From Deltaproteobacteria bacterium (lineage in GTDB: Bacteria; Myxococcota_A; Polyangia; Fen-1088), in NCBI GenBank assembly GCA_033763315.1, contig JANRKS010000019.1, positions 192,001-256,000 on the forward strand: a stretch of DNA of 64,000 nucleotides, read 5' to 3'. How positions within the stretch are numbered: the stretch's first letter is position 1; the number at the start of each line of letters is the position of its first letter. The translations under genes and the position numbers were made by a program. Below the pieces are notes generated by a model. It worked only from the letters and a program-made list of their open reading frames with translations. It was not told the DNA's origin and did no database searches. Below are positions 56,563-64,000 of the stretch, piece by piece.

Positions 56563-57459
56563 ATGGAAACGACTGAAACAGTTGCGCCGAACCCTATGGC
56601 TTCGGTGGACAACCCCATCACGCTGCGCGAGCTAATGGAAGCCGGCGTTCACTTCGGCCACCAAACGCGCCGTTGGAACCCAAAGATGAAGCCTTACATC
56701 TTTGGCGCCCGCAACGGCATCCACATCGTTGACTTGCAGTATTCGGTGAAAGCCTTCCGCCGCGCCTTCACGTTTATCGTGAACACGGTGGCCGCTGGCA
56801 AACCCGTGCTGTTCGTTGGCACGAAGAAGCAAGCACAAGACATCATCCGCGAACAAGCCACCCGTTGTGGCCAGTTCTACGTCACCAACCGTTGGTTGGG
56901 TGGCACCTTGACCAACTTCCAAACGGTCAAAGGTTCGATTGAGCGGCTTCGCTCCATCGATAAGATGTCAACCGATGGCACCTTCGAACGCATCACGAAG
57001 AAGGAAGTCATCGGTCTGACCCGCGAGAAGGAAAAGCTTGAGCGCGCCTTGGGCGGCATCAAGGACATGGGCGAATTGCCAGGCGCTGTGTTCATCGTCG
57101 ACGTTGTGCGCGAGCACATCGCGGTGGATGAATCCCGCAAGCTGGAGATCCCGTTGGTGGGCGTGGTTGATACCAACTGCGATCCCGACATGATCGATTA
57201 CGCCATTCCTGGCAACGACGACGCCATCCGCTCAATCAAGCTGTTTGCCACGAAGGTGGCCGACGCGTGCATGCTGGGGCAAAAGTTGGCTCGTGAACGC
57301 GCCGTGCGCGCGCAATCCGCTGCGCCTTCCGATGACGGCCAGACGATTCGCGTGTCATCGGGTGGCGAAGGCCCCAAGGTTGAGGTGGTGTCCCGTCGCC
57401 GCACCGACCTGCCGGCTCCCGAAGCCGCAGCGTCTCCTGAAGACGCTGCCAAAGAATAA
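56563..57459 (+). CDS. rpsB: 30S ribosomal protein S2
   Basis: [36 protein letters not shown] and PGNDDAIRS motifs. Start is 56557 or 56563. Confidence 0.98.
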   Translation: METTETVAPNPMASVDNPITLRELMEAGVHFGHQTRRWNPKMKPYIFGARNGIHIVDLQYSVKAFRRAFTFIVNTVAAGKPVLFVGTKKQAQDIIREQATRCGQFYVTNRWLGGTLTNFQTVKGSIERLRSIDKMSTDGTFERITKKEVIGLTREKEKLERALGGIKDMGELPGAVFIVDVVREHIAVDESRKLEIPLVGVVDTNCDPDMIDYAIPGNDDAIRSIKLFATKVADACMLGQKLARERAVRAQSAAPSDDGQTIRVSSGGEGPKVEVVSRRRTDLPAPEAAASPEDAAKE

Positions 57460-57477
57460 CCGGCCCGAATGAGGATG

Positions 57478-57513
57478 AAGGGGCTAGCTGCAATCGCCGC
57501 TGGCCCCTTTTTC
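57478..57513 (+). terminator. Intrinsic terminator or attenuator between rpsB and tsf
   Basis: AAGGGGCTAGC-loop-GCTGGCCCCTT followed by TTT. Confidence 0.65.
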
Positions 57514-57572
57514 TCAGGTGCCGCATGTCCTCCCTCGTTTTTTGTGTTCTTGTTTTTGAAAGGTGAAGTCCG

Positions 57573-58232
57573 ATGGCTGAAATCACAGCAAGCATGATTA
57601 AGGAACTGCGTGACCGTACGGGCGCAGGTATGTCCGATTGTAAAAAGGCCTTGGTCGAGTGTGAAGCCGACATGGATAAGGCGATCGAGTTTTTGCGCCG
57701 CAAGGGCATTGCTTCCGCCGCCAAAAAGTCAGGCCGTTTGGCTTCTGAAGGCGCCGTGTTCAACTATCTGCACGGCAGCCGCATCGGCGTTTTGCTGGAA
57801 GTGAACTGTGAGACCGACTTCGTCGCACGCAACGAGGATTTCCTGGCGTTCGGCCGCGAGGTCTGCATGCAGATCGCCGCCATGAAGCCTGAATACGTCG
57901 CGCCCGAAGAGATCCCCGCGGAAGCCATTGAACGCGAGCGTTCCATTCGCACTGAAGCGGCGAAGACCAGCGGCAAGCCTGAAGCGGTGTGGCCAAAGAT
58001 CGTGGAAGGCCAAATTCAAAAGTGGTTCAAGGACGTTTGTCTGCTGGACCAAGTTTGGGTGAAGGATCCTGAAGGTAAGAAGACCATGCGCGAACTGCAG
58101 ACGGATCTCACGGCCAAAACCGGCGAGAACTGTCGCGTGCGCCGCTTCACCCGTTTCGAGGTGGGCGAGGGGCTTGAAAAGCGCGCTGACGACTTCGTTG
58201 AAGAAGTAAAGCGCCAAGCGGGCCAAGCCTAA
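57573..58232 (+). CDS. tsf: Elongation factor Ts (short form)
   Basis: [25 protein letters not shown] and RF.RFEVGEG motifs. Confidence 0.97.
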   Translation: MAEITASMIKELRDRTGAGMSDCKKALVECEADMDKAIEFLRRKGIASAAKKSGRLASEGAVFNYLHGSRIGVLLEVNCETDFVARNEDFLAFGREVCMQIAAMKPEYVAPEEIPAEAIERERSIRTEAAKTSGKPEAVWPKIVEGQIQKWFKDVCLLDQVWVKDPEGKKTMRELQTDLTAKTGENCRVRRFTRFEVGEGLEKRADDFVEEVKRQAGQA

Positions 58233-58257
58233 GTCGTTTCAAACCAAAGGACACGCG

Positions 58258-59184
58258 GTGAGCAAGGGATCTGGCGACAACCACAACGAACCGACGGCAT
58301 CTGCTTCCTCGGAAGCGCCGTCGCCGAAAGTTCACAAGCCCATCGATCCCGACCACCGCGGTCCGCCGCTCGTCAAAGGCGTGAAATACCGCCGTGTGCT
58401 GCTGAAGCTTTCAGGCGAAGCGCTGATGGGCACCACCGGCTACGGCATCGATCCCCAGATTCTGGGCCAAATGGCCGAAGAGGTGATCGACGTTCACAGC
58501 CTGGGCGTCGAAGTGGCGCTGGTGATTGGTGGCGGCAACATCTTCCGTGGCGTGGCTGCAAGCTCCGTGGGCATGGACCGCGCCCACGCCGATTACATGG
58601 GCATGCTGGCCACGGTGATTAATTCGTTGGCACTGCAAGACGCCCTTGAACAGCGCGGCCTCAAAACGCGTGTGATGAGCGCGCTTGAGATGGAACGCGT
58701 GGCCGAGCCTTACATCCGCCGCCGCGCCATTCGTCACCTGGAAAAGGGGCGTTTGGTGATCTTTGCTGCAGGCACGGGCAACCCGTATTTTTCAACCGAC
58801 ACAGCCGCGGCACTGCGCGCGATGGAAATCGGCGCACAGATCGTCATGAAGGCCACGCGCGTGGACGGCGTCTACGATAAAGACCCCAAGAAGTTCCCCG
58901 ACGCCCGCATGTTCCAACGGCTTACGTACTTGGATGTTTTGAACCGGAACCTCGCGGTGATGGACTCCACGGCGATTTCGTTGTGCCGCGACAACAATTT
59001 GCCCATCTTGGTGTTCAACATGACCAAACCCGGAAACATCCGGCGCGCGGTTTTGGGGGAGCCTTTGGGCACGAAGGTTGTGGAGGAGCGGGCCGGCACC
59101 CGCGTTGAAGAACCAACCACGCACGATCAAGACAAAACCAACCAAGACAAGAGCAACGAGGAGACATCCGGCAATGATCAATGA
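58258..59184 (+). CDS. pyrH: Uridylate kinase with N- and C-terminal extensions
   Basis: [42 protein letters not shown] and VMDSTA motifs. Confidence 0.96.
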   Translation: MSKGSGDNHNEPTASASSEAPSPKVHKPIDPDHRGPPLVKGVKYRRVLLKLSGEALMGTTGYGIDPQILGQMAEEVIDVHSLGVEVALVIGGGNIFRGVAASSVGMDRAHADYMGMLATVINSLALQDALEQRGLKTRVMSALEMERVAEPYIRRRAIRHLEKGRLVIFAAGTGNPYFSTDTAAALRAMEIGAQIVMKATRVDGVYDKDPKKFPDARMFQRLTYLDVLNRNLAVMDSTAISLCRDNNLPILVFNMTKPGNIRRAVLGEPLGTKVVEERAGTRVEEPTTHDQDKTNQDKSNEETSGNDQ

Positions 59185-59731
59185 TGTGGTCAAAGAGCTA
59201 GACGGTGCGCTTGCCAAGGGGATCGACGGTTTCAAGAAGGAGCTGACGAAGGTGCGCACGGGTCGTGCGAACACGGCGATCCTCGACGCAGTGAAGGTGG
59301 ATTACTACGGCACGATGACGCCGCTGAACCAGGTGGCATCAATGACCGTGCCTGACGCGCGCATGATCATGATCAAGCCGTGGGAGAAGTCGCTAATCCC
59401 CGAGATCGAGAAATCGATTCGCGCCGCTCAATTGGGCCTGAATCCCAACTCGGATGGCGAAGTGGTGCGTGTGCCTATGCCGCCGTTGACCGAAGAGCGT
59501 CGCCGCGACCTGGTCAAAGTGGTCAAGAAGATGGCCGAAGATGCCAAGGTGGCATTGCGTGGCGCGCGTCGAGACTCGAACGAAATGCTCAAGGAAGCCT
59601 TGAAAGAAAAGGCCATCAGTGAGGACGAAGAGAAGCAGGGCCTCAAACGCGTGCAGGAGGCAACCGACAAAGCGGTCAGCGCTGTGGACGACATCCTGGC
59701 GAAAAAAGAAGCCGAGATCATGGAGATCTGA
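59174..59731 (+). CDS. frr: Ribosome recycling factor
   Basis: [24 protein letters not shown] and KEAEIM motifs. Start set at ATG 59174. Confidence 0.97.
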   Translation: MINDVVKELDGALAKGIDGFKKELTKVRTGRANTAILDAVKVDYYGTMTPLNQVASMTVPDARMIMIKPWEKSLIPEIEKSIRAAQLGLNPNSDGEVVRVPMPPLTEERRRDLVKVVKKMAEDAKVALRGARRDSNEMLKEALKEKAISEDEEKQGLKRVQEATDKAVSAVDDILAKKEAEIMEI

Positions 59732-59748
59732 GCGTTCTGTCCGACCTT

Positions 59749-59779
59749 GAGATCTGGTTCCGTCGTGGTTCCAGATCTC
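59749..59779. terminator. Hairpin between convergent genes
   Basis: Inverted repeat GAGATCTGG...CCAGATCTC with no U tract. Confidence 0.4.
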
Positions 59780-59799
59780 GATCGGGCCGCCCGCTTCAA

Positions 59800-60195
59800 T
59801 CACTCTGTCGCGATGCCGTTTGGCGCGCTGGCCGAATACACCACACGGGCCACGTCAAGTTGGTTGAGCGTCCAGCGAATGGTTGTGCCGTCGCCGCTCA
59901 GCAGCGGCTCGTGTGAAAATAGGTAGTATGTTTTCAAGCCTGGCTTGTCGGGCAGCGTGCCTTGCGATTTTTTGCCGGGGCTGCCGCTCAAGACCAAGAT
60001 CTTTTCTCCCGGTGCCAGCACAAACCCCGGATCTAGTTGACCGAGAACGGAGCCGCGCTTGCCTTTGCGGGCGACCACAACGTTGAGGCCGGCGGAGCTG
60101 ATGGGGCTGCTGCCGTTGTTGGCCAGCACGAACCACTCTTCGTTGACCTTCTTGCGGTCGCTGGTGGCGTGAACTTCTTCAAAGACGAGAGGCAT
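59800..60195 (-). CDS. Small lamin-tail-domain-like protein
   Basis: NEEWFVLAN, FVLAPGEKILVLSG and G.TI resemble the lamin-tail domain (inference). Confidence 0.6.
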   Translation of the reverse strand: MPLVFEEVHATSDRKKVNEEWFVLANNGSSPISSAGLNVVVARKGKRGSVLGQLDPGFVLAPGEKILVLSGSPGKKSQGTLPDKPGLKTYYLFSHEPLLSGDGTTIRWTLNQLDVARVVYSASAPNGIATE

Positions 60196-60375
60196 GGACC
60201 ACGTCTATAGTCTGAAGCAACTTCAGACTCAACAGTCTTGCAGCAATGACGTTAAACGAACCGCTAAGGTCTGATTCGGGCCTGCGCGGACGCCGCACTC
60301 AGGGTACAAAAGCTGTCGTAGACTTCGGGAGGGCGCTTGTCCCTCGAAAAGACGAAACCTAACCGCGAGCATCGC

Positions 60376-60660
60376 ATGCCAAAATTTAACGTAGAAATCC
60401 CGCACACCCTGGACGCCGCTGCCGCTAAAGCAAGGCTGCAAAAGGCCCAGACCAAGCTTGAGGCTGACTATGGCGCCAAGTGCAGTTGGGCCAGCGAGAA
60501 CGTGATGCAAGTGAGCCGCAAGGGATTAGACGCTCAAGTGAAAATCACAGACTCTGCGTTGCTGGTGGATGTGTCGCTCGGTTTGTTGTTAACGCCGATG
60601 ATGGGCCCCATTCGCGAGGGGATCACGAGCCGCTTGACCAAGCTGGTTACGGAAGGCTGA
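60376..60660 (+). CDS. Polyhydroxyalkanoic acid system (PHA_gran_rgn) family protein
   Basis: IPHTL...AKARL, W, R.G.DA, V.LG.LL.PM...I pattern in a 94-aa protein. Confidence 0.8.
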   Translation: MPKFNVEIPHTLDAAAAKARLQKAQTKLEADYGAKCSWASENVMQVSRKGLDAQVKITDSALLVDVSLGLLLTPMMGPIREGITSRLTKLVTEG

Positions 60661-61588
60661 GAGCGGCCAGTCTCTTCATCCGGGTCACGGCCGCCGCGAG
60701 CTCTTGCGGCTGGGTGTCGGCGCGGCCTGAAACCACAACGACGTCAGGCGGCTTGCCAGCAGCCTGCAGCAGTTTCGTCGTGAGCGGCGTGGGGCCAAGG
60801 CCCGGTGCCAAGTCGTCTCGCAGGCCCACCGCATCAGACGCCAGCACAAAGGGGGCGAGCGCCAGCGCGGTTCTCCGGTCAGCTGTCAGCAGCCCTATCG
60901 TTTCAAGCACGTCCAACCGGGCCGGCACATGCGCTTTGACCAGCGGCCCGCCGCGGAACTCTTCGAGCAGCAGGTCCACTTCGCGTGGGCTCGGAAACTG
61001 CCACGGGCCGATTCCGTGCCCGACGGCGACGCGCACCCCGCGCGCCTCAGCGACGTTGGCCAAGCGTTCGAGCGAATGCCGGGCGGCATCGCAAAGCCGT
61101 TGATCGTGTTCCTTGCGCTCAACTAAAGCCGCCTCCAACAGGGGCCGCGCGGCGACTTTGGATGACCGGTCGCGATCCCACCGCCGCTCGCCGTAGGACT
61201 GTGCAAACAGTTTTGACGGCGCTTTCAGCTTGATGGAGAAGGCATCCAGGAACGCCCAGGTGCAGCCAAACGTTTGTGCACGCGCGAGTGTTTCGTTGGC
61301 CATGTTGATCGCGGCCAAGCGCTCTTCGGCGTCGTCCAAAGAGGCCCAGTGAGGCACACGCCTACCGGACGGCAATGGTTCCGGTGGCAGCGGCAGTTGC
61401 ACCCCCACCAGCGGCAATCCTTGCGCCGCCAACGCCACCGCCGCTTGTTCCAATCCCGTTTGCGGCCAGGGCAGGGCCACGAAGCCTCCGTAGGCCTGTG
61501 CCTTGGCCGCCCAATCGGCAACGTCGGCGGCACCACGCTCTCCATAAGGGCGAACGCGGCTGCTGGCGAGGATCTGCGTGGTGGACAT
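60647..61588 (-). CDS. Degenerate xylose-isomerase-like TIM barrel (sugar phosphate isomerase/epimerase fold)
   Basis: ASLDDAEERLAAI, SLERLANVAEARGVRVAV, FPSPRE and SDAVGLRDDLAPGLG echo this family, but the metal ligands are substituted. Confidence 0.55.
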   Translation of the reverse strand: MSTTQILASSRVRPYGERGAADVADWAAKAQAYGGFVALPWPQTGLEQAAVALAAQGLPLVGVQLPLPPEPLPSGRRVPHWASLDDAEERLAAINMANETLARAQTFGCTWAFLDAFSIKLKAPSKLFAQSYGERRWDRDRSSKVAARPLLEAALVERKEHDQRLCDAARHSLERLANVAEARGVRVAVGHGIGPWQFPSPREVDLLLEEFRGGPLVKAHVPARLDVLETIGLLTADRRTALALAPFVLASDAVGLRDDLAPGLGPTPLTTKLLQAAGKPPDVVVVSGRADTQPQELAAAVTRMKRLAALSLP

Positions 61589-61726
61589 GACCTGCCATTG
61601 TGTAACCCCACGAAATTGAACCCACCAGCCAAATCACCGCTTTCATAGCGATTCTTGCCATGCGATAAAGGCGGCCGAACGGCATGGGCCCAACACGTCC
61701 ACGCTGGCGACAATCCGGAGACATAC

Positions 61727-63694
61727 ATGCCAGGTTCTTTTGTGCGTCCGTTAGCTCGCTTGTCCCTGACCCTGGCCACGGTGGCCGCCTCCCTAAGCGC
61801 CCTCGTGGGCCTTGCCCCACAAGCTCAAGCGCAGGAGCTGGCGAAGGCGCCGGTGGATTTGCAGGTGTTTCGGCCTGCCATGGACAGCAAGGGATTCACC
61901 ACCCTGAACGCGTCGCAGATCCTTGCCCCCGGTGACTTTTCCTTCGGCTTGGTGCTTACGTGGGCCCGGCAGCCGCTGTCATTCGAGGCATCCAGCGACC
62001 GCAGTTTCCGCGTTCAGAACCTCGTCACCCCGACGTTGTTTGGTGCCGTAGGCGTGGTCAGCAGCAAGCAGGTGGGCCTCGAATTGGGGCTCTCGGTTCC
62101 GCTTGGCATCATGTCCGGCAAAGCGGCGCCCGAAGATCCGAAAGAGGCTGGCTCAAACGACGACGAGCTGTTCAAGTTCGAGGGCCAAGGCTTGGGCGAC
62201 ATTGGCGTGCATCCGAAGCTGCGCTTGTCGAACGCTAGCCGCAACAAGATCGGCTTCGCGCTGATTCCTTCGATTTATTTGCCCACCGGCAACAAAGAAC
62301 GGTTCCTGGGCGAAGGCAAAGTGATCATCCAGCCTACGGCGGTGATCGATAGCGAGTTCGGCAAAAGCGGCCGCTTCCGCATCGGCCTTAACGCCGGCGC
62401 GCGCATCCGAACCTCGAACTCTGAATTCATCGACAACCCCGCCACCTTCACCCACAGCATCGGCGGCATGAATCAAAACACCGGCAAGGGCATTCGTCTC
62501 GGCAACGAGCTTTTGGGCGGCGTCGGCGTGTCTTTCGCGGTGGTGCCCGAGAAGTTCGATTTGGTGGGCGAGGTTTACGGGCAATACGGCCTGGCCTCCA
62601 AGCTCATTGATGGCCCCAACACGTCGAATCTGAAACCTTTGGCTGAAGCGATCGCGGGCATCAAGCTCTACATGGCGCGCAACTCGTTCTTCCAAGCGGG
62701 TGGCGGCTGGGGGATCTTGCAGTCCTACGGCGCCGCCGAGCGCGGACGCATCTATGTGGGCTTCATCTTCGAGCCTTCCATCGGCGATCGCGACCGCGAT
62801 GGCTACAAGGACGACGTGGACCAATGTCCCGACGATCCCGAAGATTTCGATGATTTCGAGGATGAAGATGGCTGCCCCGATCCCGATAACGATCAGGACG
62901 GCATCCTCGACGAAGACGATCAGTGCCCCAACGATCCTGAAACCAAGAACGGTTACAAGGACGAAGATGGCTGCCCCGATGACCAGAACAGCGATCGGGA
63001 TGGCGATGGCATTCCAGACGACGAAGACCAATGCCCAGACGATCCTGAAGACAAAGACGGCTTCGAAGACAAAGACGGCTGCCCCGATCCCGACAACGAC
63101 AAGGATGGCATCCTCGACGTAGATGATTTGTGCCCGAACGATCCCGAAGACAAAGACGGCTTCGAAGACACGGACGGTTGCCCCGATCTCGACAACGACA
63201 AAGATCGCATCCTCGACAAGGACGACAAGTGCCCGAACGAGCCCGAGACCTACAACGGCACGGAGGACGAAGATGGTTGCCCCGATAAGGGCCGCGTCAT
63301 CGTCCGCAAGGGCAAGCTGGAAATCTTGGACAAGATCTACTTCGAGACCGACAGCGACGTGATCAAGGACATCTCGTTCCCGTTGATCGACGCCATCGCC
63401 GCCACGCTCAACGGCAACCCACAGATCGAGATGATCGAGATCCAAGGGCACGCCGATGAACGTGGTGACGACGCGCATAACTTGGATCTCACGGAGCGCC
63501 GCACGGCTTCGGTCAAGCGCGCGCTTGAACAACGCAAGGTGGATGGCCTACGTTTGACGTCACATGGCTATGGCGAAACCAAGCCGATCTGCCGCGAACA
63601 CAACGAAGCCTGCTGGAGCCAAAACCGGCGTGTGGAATTCGTGATTCTCAAGCGCGCGGACGACTACAAGCTGCAGGGCACCGAAGGCCAATAA
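61727..63694 (+). CDS. Outer-membrane beta-barrel protein with thrombospondin type-3 repeats and an OmpA domain (TraB-like architecture)
   Basis: Signal peptide, amphipathic beta strands (GLGD), Asp-rich repeats, IYFE, IQGHAD, N..L..RR, GYGETKP and NRRVEF. Confidence 0.9.
   Translation: MPGSFVRPLARLSLTLATVAASLSALVGLAPQAQAQELAKAPVDLQVFRPAMDSKGFTTLNASQILAPGDFSFGLVLTWARQPLSFEASSDRSFRVQNLVTPTLFGAVGVVSSKQVGLELGLSVPLGIMSGKAAPEDPKEAGSNDDELFKFEGQGLGDIGVHPKLRLSNASRNKIGFALIPSIYLPTGNKERFLGEGKVIIQPTAVIDSEFGKSGRFRIGLNAGARIRTSNSEFIDNPATFTHSIGGMNQNTGKGIRLGNELLGGVGVSFAVVPEKFDLVGEVYGQYGLASKLIDGPNTSNLKPLAEAIAGIKLYMARNSFFQAGGGWGILQSYGAAERGRIYVGFIFEPSIGDRDRDGYKDDVDQCPDDPEDFDDFEDEDGCPDPDNDQDGILDEDDQCPNDPETKNGYKDEDGCPDDQNSDRDGDGIPDDEDQCPDDPEDKDGFEDKDGCPDPDNDKDGILDVDDLCPNDPEDKDGFEDTDGCPDLDNDKDRILDKDDKCPNEPETYNGTEDEDGCPDKGRVIVRKGKLEILDKIYFETDSDVIKDISFPLIDAIAATLNGNPQIEMIEIQGHADERGDDAHNLDLTERRTASVKRALEQRKVDGLRLTSHGYGETKPICREHNEACWSQNRRVEFVILKRADDYKLQGTEGQ
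62786..63287 (+). repeat. Five intragenic thrombospondin-3-like repeats of about 33 aa (about 99 bp)
   Basis: D.D.DGI.D..D.CP.DPE...G..D.DGCPD occurs five times. Confidence 0.9.
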
Positions 63695-63883
63695 GGCGGC
63701 CTTCCGGGCACATCAGCAGGTGCATGCGGGACACGCGAGAAGGGCAGTAGGCGAAGGTATGGACGCCTCCTCCCTTTCTCGCGGAACCCCCGGCAAATGC
63801 AGGCGAAAGGCTTGACTCGTGCCTTCGGTGAGCTAGATACCGACGGCGCTCGACGGGCGCAGGGTTCGGCATTGCCCAAGGTC

Positions 63884-64000
63884 TTGACTCAACTCCCACG
63901 GGGAAAAATCGACGAGGTCAGGGACCGGACCAACATCTCGGAGGTCATCGGAAGGCATGTGGAGCTCAAGCGTGCGGGTACCGGAAGCTGGATGGGGCTA
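63884..64000 (+). CDS. dnaG: DNA primase N-terminus (CHC2 zinc-finger region), cut by the window edge
   Basis: Translation from TTG 63884 gives MTQLPRGKIDEVRDRTNISEVIGRHVELKRAGTGSWMGL, the typical DnaG start just before CPFH. Not in the ORF track. Confidence 0.8.
   Translation, partial: MTQLPRGKIDEVRDRTNISEVIGRHVELKRAGTGSWMGL

Noticed and set aside
62786-63287. Regularly spaced DNA repeats as a possible CRISPR array
   Set aside because: They are in-frame degenerate protein repeats with no unique spacers, and no cas genes are present.
62153-63532. 459-aa hydrophobic repetitive minus-strand ORF
   Set aside because: Mirror of the Asp-rich thrombospondin-3 repeats (GAC/GAT read as GTC/ATC), not a real membrane protein.
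1-64000. tRNA, rRNA, IS elements, integrases and prophage genes
   Set aside because: I recognised no cloverleaf or rRNA signature, transposase or recombinase motif, or phage structural gene by eye. tRNAscan-SE and cmscan would be needed to exclude small RNAs.

Overview
GC-rich bacterial chromosome segment, most consistent with Myxococcota. The signs are a DUF1592 lipoprotein, an AgmX/PglI-type C-terminal domain, an OmpA protein with thrombospondin-3 repeats, Cys-rich lipoproteins and a Myxococcus-type LexA box. It is mostly housekeeping: gpsA, aat, trpEGDCF, rplC-rlmE-mutL-miaA, accA-thyX, glk/rpiB, xth, infA, asd, imuAB, ino1, rpsB-tsf-pyrH-frr and the start of dnaG. I saw no rRNA, tRNA, CRISPR array, transposase or integrase. 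The best candidate for an undescribed system is a four-gene operon on the minus strand at 48550-52680, with all genes joined by ATGA overlaps. It encodes a small helical protein, a MotA-like membrane protein with a roughly 640-aa helical tail built partly from 22-residue repeats, a MotB/OmpA protein, and a second small helical protein. This is a Zorya-like ion-motor module with no recognisable nuclease or helicase effector. Other oddities are an rplC outside the S10 operon, a MutL lacking its endonuclease motifs, a CtaA-like/CtaB fusion with a degenerate catalytic half, a LexA-boxed imuAB with no adjacent dnaE2, and several apparently leaderless genes. All calls come from reading motifs by eye, no searches were run, and several start codons were adjusted from the ORF track.
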